In this document: positions 38,251 through 46,023 of the stretch, piece by piece
How the letters are laid out: every line of letters starts with the position of its first letter
Numbering within the stretch: position 1 is the first letter of the stretch
Notes under the pieces: generated by a model
The model's input: only the letters and a program-made list of their open reading frames with translations
Told to the model about the DNA's origin: nothing
Databases searched by the model: none
DNA from: an uncultured Planctomycetales bacterium
GTDB taxonomy: Bacteria; Planctomycetota; Phycisphaerae; UBA1845; Fen-1342
DNA: 60,360 nucleotides
Direction of reading: 5' to 3'
NCBI GenBank assembly: GCA_964394415.1
Contig: CAYMXT010000002.1
Span: 1 to 60,360, forward strand
Made by a program: the position numbers and the translations under genes

Positions 38251-39482
38251 GGGCGAACACTCTGCATGCGTGTGAACTTGTCGAGCACGCGACCGCTCAG
38301 TTCGGCCACCGACACGGGGGCGACGATGAGGCCGGCACCAGCGGCTCTCACGTCCGCGAGAACCGCGCTTCGCCGTGCCAGCGGAACTTGCCGAAAGTCA
38401 TTGGTCACCACCACGACGCGTGTCGGCTGCGCAGCGCCCCCGGCGGGGCATTCGTCGAGAAGCGCGCCGGCACCCGCATCCGCGCCGAACTGGGCGGCCG
38501 ATCGCGCGACGAAGGACGTGCGAATCGTGGCACCGGCAGCGAGCATCTCCGATGGTGCGCAGATCGTTTCTTCCGGCCAACGCATGGCGGTCAGCAGGTG
38601 ATACTCGCGCACGAACGGTGGTGCGCTGGTTGTGACGCGGAAGGAGGGTTCATCCGGCGTTCGAAACGCGGAGGCCAGGGCCTCCGGTGTCGTCGGTACG
38701 GCCGGCGCGCGGAGCAGAGCGTCGAACACGCTGGCCAGCGCGATCGGTCGTGCATACTGAACGCGCGTTCGATCGAATAGCGGCGCGGCATCCGGGCAGG
38801 ACGCCAGCAGCCAGGCCGGGGCCGGGCACCAGGAGATCGCCGCATCGAGTTCCGCGGCGCTCCAAACTCCTGCGTGCATCAGGAAAGCGAGCCTTCCGAG
38901 CGAGCAACGACCCCGCAGGATCCCATTCTCGGCGGCCTGACGAAGCGCGGGTGCTGCCTCGGCGAGACGCCACAGCAGTTGCTCGCCCTCGACCGGTCCG
39001 ATCGCGCGGCGACGCAGGTTCGGAAGCTCGACGCCCAACTCACCCGCGAGCGTGACGATCGGCTGCGGAATCTCGTCGTTGAAGCTCGCAGCGATCATGG
39101 TGCATCGCTTGCACGCCTCGGCAAGCGTGAAGGTGAGGACCGCCCGCCACGCGGCTCGCCGCGGCAAGCTCGGTCCGTCGACCGCGTGGAGGGCATCTAC
39201 CTCCAGGCACCCGAGCTCCTTGCGGTTGCGCAAGGCAACGAAACCGATGAGGGCCCCGTCCGAGGTCAGCCGAAACGGTCGCCAGTTGCTATGGCGCGGC
39301 GCCTTGCTGTCTGGATCATCATGTTCAAACCTGAACTGGCTGGGATCAGAGATGCGCCGCTCGATCCGCTTCAGCGCCGAAGCCAGTGCATCCCCGCCAG
39401 CCGTGGTCGAGGACGTGTTGGGTGTCAGGCGCAGCAGGTCTTTCTTCGTGAAGAAGGTCCAGCGACTGATAATGCTTTGCAT
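38247..39482 (-). CDS. hypothetical protein, first gene of the helicase operon
   Basis: ATG 39482 lies ~8 nt after GGAGGG (the ORF extends to GTG 39563, which has no usable spacing). Only a weak GNAT-like stretch: LIGFVALRNRKELGCLEVDALHAV. No firm motif. Confidence 0.65.
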   Translation of the reverse strand: MQSIISRWTFFTKKDLLRLTPNTSSTTAGGDALASALKRIERRISDPSQFRFEHDDPDSKAPRHSNWRPFRLTSDGALIGFVALRNRKELGCLEVDALHAVDGPSLPRRAAWRAVLTFTLAEACKRCTMIAASFNDEIPQPIVTLAGELGVELPNLRRRAIGPVEGEQLLWRLAEAAPALRQAAENGILRGRCSLGRLAFLMHAGVWSAAELDAAISWCPAPAWLLASCPDAAPLFDRTRVQYARPIALASVFDALLRAPAVPTTPEALASAFRTPDEPSFRVTTSAPPFVREYHLLTAMRWPEETICAPSEMLAAGATIRTSFVARSAAQFGADAGAGALLDECPAGGAAQPTRVVVVTNDFRQVPLARRSAVLADVRAAGAGLIVAPVSVAELSGRVLDKFTRMQSVRP

Positions 39483-39719
39483 CTCGCATCCCTCCGCCAC
39501 GTCCGGTGCGGCGACCTTCCCGACCGACGCTGCGGCAGGGTCCGTCAACCGTGATCCGACCACTCCTTAGATACCGCCGCCGCGAACCACCCATCCGGCC
39601 GTTTCGGACGATCGGGCCGATTCCAGTGCTCGCGCCGGCAGCGCGCAAGTCAGCAGAAGCTCATCCATTGGGCCCCTATTCTCGCCCGGTTGCTCCGCAT
39701 CGGTCAAGCCATCTGTCGA

Positions 39720-40124
39720 TCAACGAGGCGCCGGGCGGGCGGGACCGACGCGCCGCACCACCTCGCACTGCGCGGCTACACTCAGGCGCTCGAACGGGAC
39801 GTGCCAGCAGCGAACGCCGCACAACGACACCAGCACGAACGGTTCGCCGTGAGGCATGGCCTGCCAACTGACGGAGACTTCGAGGTCGGAACGCTCTAAC
39901 GCCATGCTGACCAGGTCGTGCTTATGCGAAAAAAGCCGGCGGCGCTGAGCCGGGTCGGTCTCGGCGTGAGCCGCCGCGTTGATCGCCAACAGCGCCCGGA
40001 TAAGCAGCTCCGCGATGCCCGCGCCAAGTCCCGCAGCCGGGTCAGCCGGTCGGCGGCGCCTACGCGCGTCTCTCGCGTGGTGGGCGCCGCTTCGGCGATC
40101 ACGTTGCTTGGAGGTGATCAACAT
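39720..40124 (-). CDS. hypothetical small protein (134 aa)
   Basis: Its ATG shares a base with the upstream stop (TGATG at 40122-40126). Arg-rich N-terminus, then a helical segment and a beta-like segment: LEVSVSWQAMPHGEPFVLVSLCGVRCWHVPFERL. Confidence 0.5.
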   Translation of the reverse strand: MLITSKQRDRRSGAHHARDARRRRRPADPAAGLGAGIAELLIRALLAINAAAHAETDPAQRRRLFSHKHDLVSMALERSDLEVSVSWQAMPHGEPFVLVSLCGVRCWHVPFERLSVAAQCEVVRRVGPARPAPR

Positions 40125-40477
40125 CAGTTGAAATCCCCTGGACGGAGTGCGAAGTACTCCGCCTCGGCGAGCGCTACGGCCGTGCGCCTAAGGGCCAGCG
40201 GCTCGCGCGGATCTGTCCAGCGCACCTGGCGAACGCGGCCGAGGCGGGAATCGAAGGCGGACACCGCTCTGGGAATCGGCGGGTGGGCGCTGGGATCGGC
40301 CAGGACACCATCGAGGTGCCGGAGCAGCCGGCGCTCGTGCGGGTCGAATCCTCCGGCGGTGGCGGTGCGCCTTGGCCCGAAAGGTCCGGCCGGCGGCCGC
40401 GAGCGATGTGCCACCGTTCTTGTGCGCGCACGTGTCCTAGATTGAACTCGGGCCGGCGCGTTACTCTGGAGGGTCAT
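40124..40477 (-). CDS. hypothetical small protein (117 aa)
   Basis: ATG 40477 lies 7 nt after AAGGAG (the ORF extends to 40519). Basic, disordered-looking N-terminus. No motif recognised. Confidence 0.5.
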   Translation of the reverse strand: MTLQSNAPARVQSRTRARTRTVAHRSRPPAGPFGPRRTATAGGFDPHERRLLRHLDGVLADPSAHPPIPRAVSAFDSRLGRVRQVRWTDPREPLALRRTAVALAEAEYFALRPGDFN

Positions 40478-40660
40478 CGAAGGCTCCTTGCTCTGCATGT
40501 GCATACCGGGGTGGCCCACCCGATTTCCGGCCTGCTGTCAGCGTGTCCTCGGAGCTGAAATGAAAAGGGCCTCAGCCGGCGCTTCGGCACTTGGCTGTGT
40601 GTTTTCGCCCGGAACGCGAGCCGGTAGAATTGATGGGCCTACTGAACAAGCGAGCGGCTG

Positions 40661-41032
40661 ATGACGAGACTGGGTGACATTCTCTCGACCGCCTTGGCAA
40701 ACAGTGCGCAGGTGGGCCAGGTCCACTGGGTTTCGAACTGCTTCTGGCCCGACCTCTTCGAGCGGGCGAAGTCACGGTCACATCCCGGCTTGGTTTGCAG
40801 CGCAAGATCGGAAGTGGCCCCGGGTACGAGCAAGCAGTGCTCGAATCGACCGAGGAAGTGGCGAGAGTTCACGTTGCAGCACTCGCTCGACGGGGTGCGC
40901 GGTACGACGTTCTTCCTCGGCCTTCGCAGGTACGTCGCGGCGTCGGAGCTCGGAAGGATCATGGGTTGGCTGCACGCCCACGATCGCGCGCGACTGGACC
41001 AAATCCTGAGTTCGGAGCGTTCGAATTCGTGA
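40661..41032 (+). CDS. hypothetical protein, weakly PemK/MazF-like
   Basis: GQVHWVSN...KSRSHPGLVCS and the C-terminal LGRIMGWLHAHDRARLDQIL follow the MazF/PemK barrel-plus-helix pattern when compared by eye with the bona fide MazF at 53945-54277. First gene of the plus-strand operon. Confidence 0.5.
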   Translation: MTRLGDILSTALANSAQVGQVHWVSNCFWPDLFERAKSRSHPGLVCSARSEVAPGTSKQCSNRPRKWREFTLQHSLDGVRGTTFFLGLRRYVAASELGRIMGWLHAHDRARLDQILSSERSNS

Positions 41033-41976
41033 TTGCGTCTGTGGACGAAATCGCGGCGTGTGTGTCACGGCTTTCGAGCTCGTCGGTCTTCCACGAGTCA
41101 GATTGGCCCACGCTTTTCGCGCTCGTGCGGCAAACGGTCGCGAGTCTGCCTGCCGCTCTTTACGGACCCGACTCCCAGATCACGAGGCACTGCTCGTGGA
41201 CCGGCAACGATGTGACCATCGCTACCCAGGACTGGATCATGGAGTTCCTGGGTTGTCAGGCAGTCGATGAGAGATTCTCACCCAGCGCCATCGTCCGCCT
41301 AGCTCGGTTTTCGATCCGCTGGTTTGTGATCGACTCCTATGGCCGTCCGACTCCGCGGAGAGATTGCTACGGAGCTCTGACGGAGGCGCTCCGGGACTTT
41401 CCCGGTCTTATCGGCGGCCACCGCGAAGTCAGCTTCGAGCCGCAGGCACCGTTCCCATTCGATCCGGACGGCAACCGTTCGGCCAGAAGCCGTTGGGTCA
41501 CGACGGCGGAAGTACGGCGCGCCCTGGCCATGATCGCCGAGCAACAACCGACCGGCTGGACGAAGGGCCAGCTTGCGGACGTGCTCTGTCGGTGGGCCGG
41601 TGTTCCTGGCGATCCGATCTCGCTGGCATCGAGCGCGGTCCCTCTCCCGTCTCATTGCCCTGCTGACGAGCTGGATTCCACCGAAGCCGCTCGCGCGCAC
41701 GCGAACGCCGTGGGCGCGCAACTGGACGAAGCGGAGCGCGAGATTCTGCCATATCTGATCCCTGTCCAGGACGGAAAGATGACGTTGGCCGATGCCTCGA
41801 AGAAATGGAAGATCCCGGTTTCGACCTTGCACGATCGGGCGCAACGGCTTCGAGGTAAGATTCGTGCCCTCTCTGCGGGAACTAAAATCGGGGGGCCCGC
41901 GGCCGCCAGAGCGTTTCTGGAAGCGCTTTTGGAGCATAGCGCCGGAATCTTGCCCTCCGAAGAGGATATGAAGTAG
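41029..41976 (+). CDS. hypothetical protein with a C-terminal sigma-70 region 4 / LuxR-like HTH
   Basis: GTG 41029 overlaps the upstream stop (GTGA). C-terminus: LDEAEREILPYLIPVQDGKMTLADASKKWKIPVSTLHDRAQRLRGKIRAL. Confidence 0.6.
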   Translation: MIASVDEIAACVSRLSSSSVFHESDWPTLFALVRQTVASLPAALYGPDSQITRHCSWTGNDVTIATQDWIMEFLGCQAVDERFSPSAIVRLARFSIRWFVIDSYGRPTPRRDCYGALTEALRDFPGLIGGHREVSFEPQAPFPFDPDGNRSARSRWVTTAEVRRALAMIAEQQPTGWTKGQLADVLCRWAGVPGDPISLASSAVPLPSHCPADELDSTEAARAHANAVGAQLDEAEREILPYLIPVQDGKMTLADASKKWKIPVSTLHDRAQRLRGKIRALSAGTKIGGPAAARAFLEALLEHSAGILPSEEDMK

Positions 41977-41993
41977 AAAGCGGAGTGTGCGCA

Positions 41994-44525
41994 ATGGAAC
42001 CCATCCCGCCCTGCCCGGAGTCGCTCTTGGGGCTGCGCAGGCCGCTCGCGACGCGACTCCCGACCGTCAATCTGGGCGTGCGGCCGGGCACGATCTGGGA
42101 GGCGCGCGCGCCGGACGGCGGATTGTTTGAGTTCCTGCTGCCCGCTTGCCCAGAGAACGAAGATGAAAACCCGAGGGATTTCGTTCGAGCGATTCCGCTC
42201 ACGGGCGCGCTCCGGCTGATGGACCGCGGGGACGCAGCGATCTCGAACGAGGCCGCACAACGACCGTGCGTTGCTCATAGCTGGCTTGAGGGGCCGATCC
42301 TCGTTTCGGCGCTCGAGCGCTGTATTGGCCACATTTCAGAGACGAGTGCCGGCGAAGTGGCGCGGGCGCGGGAGGTTTCCGACATTGAGGCAAGCGATGG
42401 GGCCGTGGCCGAGTTCCGGCGGGCGCTCGCCGAGCAGATCGATCCCTACTATGACGCTTGTTGGGGCGAGATCCTCGGCGATGCGGGCAGGACCGGGCAG
42501 CCGGAGGAGGCAGCGCGCGTCATAACGCTGGAGCGGCTCAGGCGGGAACTGCCGCGAACCGGGATCCGCCTCGCGGCCGCACCGGCGACGGAGGATACCG
42601 CCCCCTCGCAGGAGGAGCTGTTGCACTGGATGCGCTGGATCAGCTTCGCCGGAACCGCCCGAGCCGCGACCGACCTGCTCGCACAGCTTCCGCAGGACGT
42701 CCCGGTTGCGGAGCGTCAACTACTCGAACGCGCTGCGCAGGGAAACCCGCCGATGCGTCGGGTGCACGTTTGCTGGCTGCTGCTGGTGCTTCGCGGCGCG
42801 GACGCGGAGATTCTCCGGCCGGCGGTCGCGGTGGCCGCGCGTCTACAGCCGTTCGCGCCGCACGAGCCAACGCCGAGCATCGGAGGGCTGAGCGCGGACG
42901 AGCGCTTTCGTGCTGCGGTCCAGGAGGCCCTTCAACTCGGCGGCGAACTCGACCTGGACGGCAAGCGGCGGTGGGCGCTCGACGGGCTGGGCGTAGTACC
43001 GCAAGGAGGTTCCATCGCGACGCTCGAAGGAGGGTCCGCTGGTCTGGCAGTATACGCCAACCTCTGCTGGGCGCGCCGTGGTGTTCGGCCGGAAGCGCAG
43101 GTTGCGCTCACCGGCGTCCTTGAGGGCGGACGGTTTCTGGCCGTAAACGACATACACCGAAAGCTCGATGCGGCGCGCCGGGCCGGGGTCGAATGGGTAG
43201 TGGCCGTCGACCAGCGCGCCGCCGTAGCAAGCAACGAGCGCGATCGGCTCATTCTCCTGCCCGACCGGCTGCCCGCTATGGACGCGCTCGGGCTTGTTGA
43301 GGCGGAGCTCGCGCGCGCCGGCGTGCGGATGGTTCCCGACGCCGAGCGCTGGGATGAGTGGATTGGCTACGCGCGCAAGGTGGCGAGTCAGCACGGCGAT
43401 TTGCCGGGCAGTCGAATCCTGCCGCTAGCGCGGCTCTGGAAGAGCACCCCGGCCGGCCCGAACGAGATCGAACATCGGAAACGGGATACGACCATCGCAA
43501 TCCTCAAGGCTCGTGCAGTCTACGCACAGGGTTTCACGCTCAAGGCGCTTGGAGATTTCGACGTCGCGCGAGCACGTCTCGCCGACAGTTGGGGGCTCAT
43601 CGATCCGGAGTTGCGGTGGATGTTCTTCGCCTCGTACTTCCACTGCACCGGCCAATGGGGAGACACGCTGCCGGCGGAACTTCAGGCCATCGCCGATCGA
43701 ATGGTGCAGGAGGACGAAGACATCGACGATGAGTCGGCGGTCCATCGGTATGGCGGATATGCCGACTGGTCGCGGTACTCCGCGGCACAGTGTGAAAACC
43801 CAGACGAACGCGCGGCGCGCTTCCGCCGAATCGAGGAGATTTACCTGACGCGCGTGCGTCCGCGGCAGGAACGGCTTGATCAGATCAAGGGCAGGTCCGG
43901 CGGGCTGAATCGGACGGACACGCAACTCGCGTCGCTGTATCTGGTGTGGGGCAGACTCGACCAGGCTGAGCAGCGGCTAGCGCCGCTGCTCGACTTGGAG
44001 CGAACGCTGGCCGCGCGACAGCTCGAGCGGCCGGACACATGGAGATTCGCGGCGGGGCATGCGCATGTCTGGCTTTCGCTGCGGAAGTTATCCGGCCTGC
44101 CGATCGACGAGGGCTGGCTCGATTGGCGGCAGCAGACGCGGGCCGTGCTGGAGGCGGCCGCAAGCCCGCGCAGCTACCACGCGTTATTCGCAGCGATCGA
44201 GCGATCGGCGCTGATCCTGGACCCGGGAGACTCGATTGCCCGCGCGGAGCGCGCTATGGCGCAGCTCGCCGATGCGTCAAAGGAAAATCCGGGGCGCGCG
44301 CAACTGGCCGCTTGGAGTTATGCGGTAGCAGCGACGGCGCACTTCCGAATTCAAGGACTGGACTGGCGTCCGTGGGCGGACCGCGTGGAGGAACATGTCG
44401 CCCAATTGGCACCCTGGTATCGACAGATGGATCGTGTCCGCCGACTGAGCAGCGAATTGACGGACGACCCACCGCCGTCGACCCAGTCAGTCTTCTCAAA
44501 GGCAATGACGTTTACGCTCTTTTGA
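41994..44525 (+). CDS. Lon (S16) protease-domain protein with an unknown N-terminal region and a C-terminal helical/TPR-like repeat region
   Basis: EGGSAGLAVYANL...VALTGVLEGGRFLAVNDIHRKLDAARRAGVEWVV aligns by eye to the E. coli Lon segment DGPSAGIAM...[31 protein letters not shown]. The Ser codon is 43035-43037 and the Lys codon 43161-43163. ATG 41994 follows GAAAGCGGAG. Confidence 0.75.
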   Translation: MEPIPPCPESLLGLRRPLATRLPTVNLGVRPGTIWEARAPDGGLFEFLLPACPENEDENPRDFVRAIPLTGALRLMDRGDAAISNEAAQRPCVAHSWLEGPILVSALERCIGHISETSAGEVARAREVSDIEASDGAVAEFRRALAEQIDPYYDACWGEILGDAGRTGQPEEAARVITLERLRRELPRTGIRLAAAPATEDTAPSQEELLHWMRWISFAGTARAATDLLAQLPQDVPVAERQLLERAAQGNPPMRRVHVCWLLLVLRGADAEILRPAVAVAARLQPFAPHEPTPSIGGLSADERFRAAVQEALQLGGELDLDGKRRWALDGLGVVPQGGSIATLEGGSAGLAVYANLCWARRGVRPEAQVALTGVLEGGRFLAVNDIHRKLDAARRAGVEWVVAVDQRAAVASNERDRLILLPDRLPAMDALGLVEAELARAGVRMVPDAERWDEWIGYARKVASQHGDLPGSRILPLARLWKSTPAGPNEIEHRKRDTTIAILKARAVYAQGFTLKALGDFDVARARLADSWGLIDPELRWMFFASYFHCTGQWGDTLPAELQAIADRMVQEDEDIDDESAVHRYGGYADWSRYSAAQCENPDERAARFRRIEEIYLTRVRPRQERLDQIKGRSGGLNRTDTQLASLYLVWGRLDQAEQRLAPLLDLERTLAARQLERPDTWRFAAGHAHVWLSLRKLSGLPIDEGWLDWRQQTRAVLEAAASPRSYHALFAAIERSALILDPGDSIARAERAMAQLADASKENPGRAQLAAWSYAVAATAHFRIQGLDWRPWADRVEEHVAQLAPWYRQMDRVRRLSSELTDDPPPSTQSVFSKAMTFTLF

Positions 44526-45001
44526 GCACCCACGGAGTCTCGCGCATTCTCATACAGGTCGATGCCTGCTTCATAGAAGACGGCCGGTACGTGTGGTCGC
44601 CGGAGCAGCGCGACCGCGCATGGGCCGACTGCTTCGCACGCCTTGAAGCCGCACTAGAGTCCGGCCGCTACTCGCTGGCGGCGCTAACGGTCGGAGTCCC
44701 CGCGTCCGGCAAGTCGACGTACGCCGCCGCGAACAACCACGAAGACATCGTGATCTTCGATGCTGTCTTCTCGACGCGACAGTTTCGCGAACGCGCTATC
44801 AATATCGCGCGGCGATTCGCTGTCCCGATCGAGGCTTGGTGGATGGATACGCCGCTAGAGGAGTGCCTGCGGCGCAACAAGCAGCGAGATGTCGATCGAC
44901 GCATACCAGAGGATGCGCTGCGACAATTCCACAACAACTTGTCGCGCGAACCCCCTAACGAGGCCGAGGGGTTCGTTCTGGTGCGCAAAGTGCAGCAGTA
45001 G
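44522..45001 (+). CDS. small P-loop kinase (AAA_33 / polynucleotide-kinase / zeta-like)
   Basis: Walker A is GVPASGKST. DAVF acts as a Walker B-like segment, and a lid-like RRNKQRDVDRRIPEDAL follows. A TTG start at 44522 overlaps the upstream stop (TTGA); the start is uncertain. Confidence 0.6.
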   Translation: MSTHGVSRILIQVDACFIEDGRYVWSPEQRDRAWADCFARLEAALESGRYSLAALTVGVPASGKSTYAAANNHEDIVIFDAVFSTRQFRERAINIARRFAVPIEAWWMDTPLEECLRRNKQRDVDRRIPEDALRQFHNNLSREPPNEAEGFVLVRKVQQ

Positions 45002-45083
45002 GTCGGTGCCATGATGTGTGGCCTGAAATACTTATTGATAACAGCCTTCCGTTCTTTCGTTGACGCGTTCGCAGGGCATGTCA

Positions 45084-45488
45084 CTAGCCGCAGCCTTTGC
45101 AGCCAGGCTTTGATGGTGCCGTGCGAGGCGATGGCGCACTGCCAGCTCTGTTCAATAGAGGCACCGCGGTTCCCGAGTATGCCGCCGCCGTCAGCAAACA
45201 TGCAGCCGGGTCGGACAGACCGCGCGTGAGTACGAACACCGCTAACGCGGTCCAGAAGGTCTGGCACGCGAAGCAGCCCATGAAGTAGGTGAAGGCTCGC
45301 CAGCCAAGAGAGGTGCGGGCAAGCTGCTGGAGCTCTCGGCGCTTCGTCTCGATCTCGGCGTCCGTGAGCGGCTGCCTGGCCGCGTGGGGGGAGCGGCGGG
45401 CAACGTCCTCGTCCCACCTGGCGCGGTTGTTGATCTCCCAGTTCAGCCGGTTCATCCGCTGCCGACGCGGAGCGTCGCGCAGCGACAA
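45084..45488 (-). CDS. hypothetical membrane protein (DUF1360-like CxxC helix)
   Basis: Contains WRAFTYFMGCFACQTFWTALAVFVLT plus a second hydrophobic helix. Ends in CKGCG. Convergent with the kinase gene. Confidence 0.45.
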   Translation of the reverse strand: MSLRDAPRRQRMNRLNWEINNRARWDEDVARRSPHAARQPLTDAEIETKRRELQQLARTSLGWRAFTYFMGCFACQTFWTALAVFVLTRGLSDPAACLLTAAAYSGTAVPLLNRAGSAPSPRTAPSKPGCKGCG

Positions 45489-45699
45489 CGCCCGAGTCCG
45501 TCTGGCTGCACCGGAGCCTCGCGGAGGGATACGTGGATCGCACGCCTTTCCGTGACTCTCCCACGCAATCCGTCCGTCTGAAAAGCCCGGAGCACCAGCG
45601 ACTTGCGTACGGCGGCGTACGGGCTAATTGCTGGATGATTGCGGGTCGGGCGACTCGGCCCCGCAATCGGAAGGGCGGGAATTGGGATCCGGATTGGGG

Positions 45700-45965
45700 T
45701 CGGGATTGGGTTTTGGATCGACTCCTCGACCCAAATCGGCGTGCCGTAACTCCTTGAAGGGACAGCATTTCGGATGCAAGCTTGAGCCGGATTCGGGTCA
45801 GGATTTGGGTTTTGGACCGATTCCCTGAGCCAAAGCGCCTCGGCACAAGCCCTTGAAAAGGACAGCAATTCGGGTGTGGGACTCCGGCCGGCTTTGGCTC
45901 AGAAATTGGGTCTTGGCCCGATTCCCTGAGCCAATCGGCAATCGCTCCAGGGGCCGCCCACAAGG
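45700..45965. repeat. degenerate tandem repeat, about three units of 99-101 nt
   Basis: Unit starts TTGGGTTTTGGA at 45706 and 45805, and TTGGGTCTTGGC at 45906. Shared cores are CGATTCCCTGAGCCAA and CCTTGAA(G/A)GGACAGCA(T/A)TTCGG. An internal 12-bp inverted repeat pairs 45825-45836 with 45891-45902. Confidence 0.7.
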
Positions 45966-46023
45966 CGAGCGCCGGGTCAGGAGCCTGGCGCGCCCAGAAA
46001 GACCGTAGTCAGGACTGCCTGCG

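Noticed and set aside
39678-39707. Sigma-70-like promoter on the minus strand (TTGACC, 18-nt spacer, GAGAAT) upstream of the helicase operon. Also the TAGAAT at 40625-40630 upstream of the plus-strand operon.
   Set aside because: These are hexamer matches only. The promoter consensus of this organism is unknown, and the first would imply a ~190-nt leader. They are mentioned as hints, not annotated as features.
39720-40124. HEPN-like Rx4H motif (RRLFSH) or a KTSC-like segment (GVRCWHVPFERL) in the 134-aa protein. This would have made the small pair an MNT/HEPN-type TA module.
   Set aside because: The partner lacks the GSx10DxD nucleotidyltransferase motif. The protein is not all-helical after the motif. 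The matches are too short to mean anything without a profile search.
45700-45965. Possible CRISPR array suggested by the regular ~100-nt periodicity.
   Set aside because: The whole ~100-nt unit is repeated and degenerate. There are no short identical repeats separated by unique spacers, there are only about three units, and no cas genes lie nearby.
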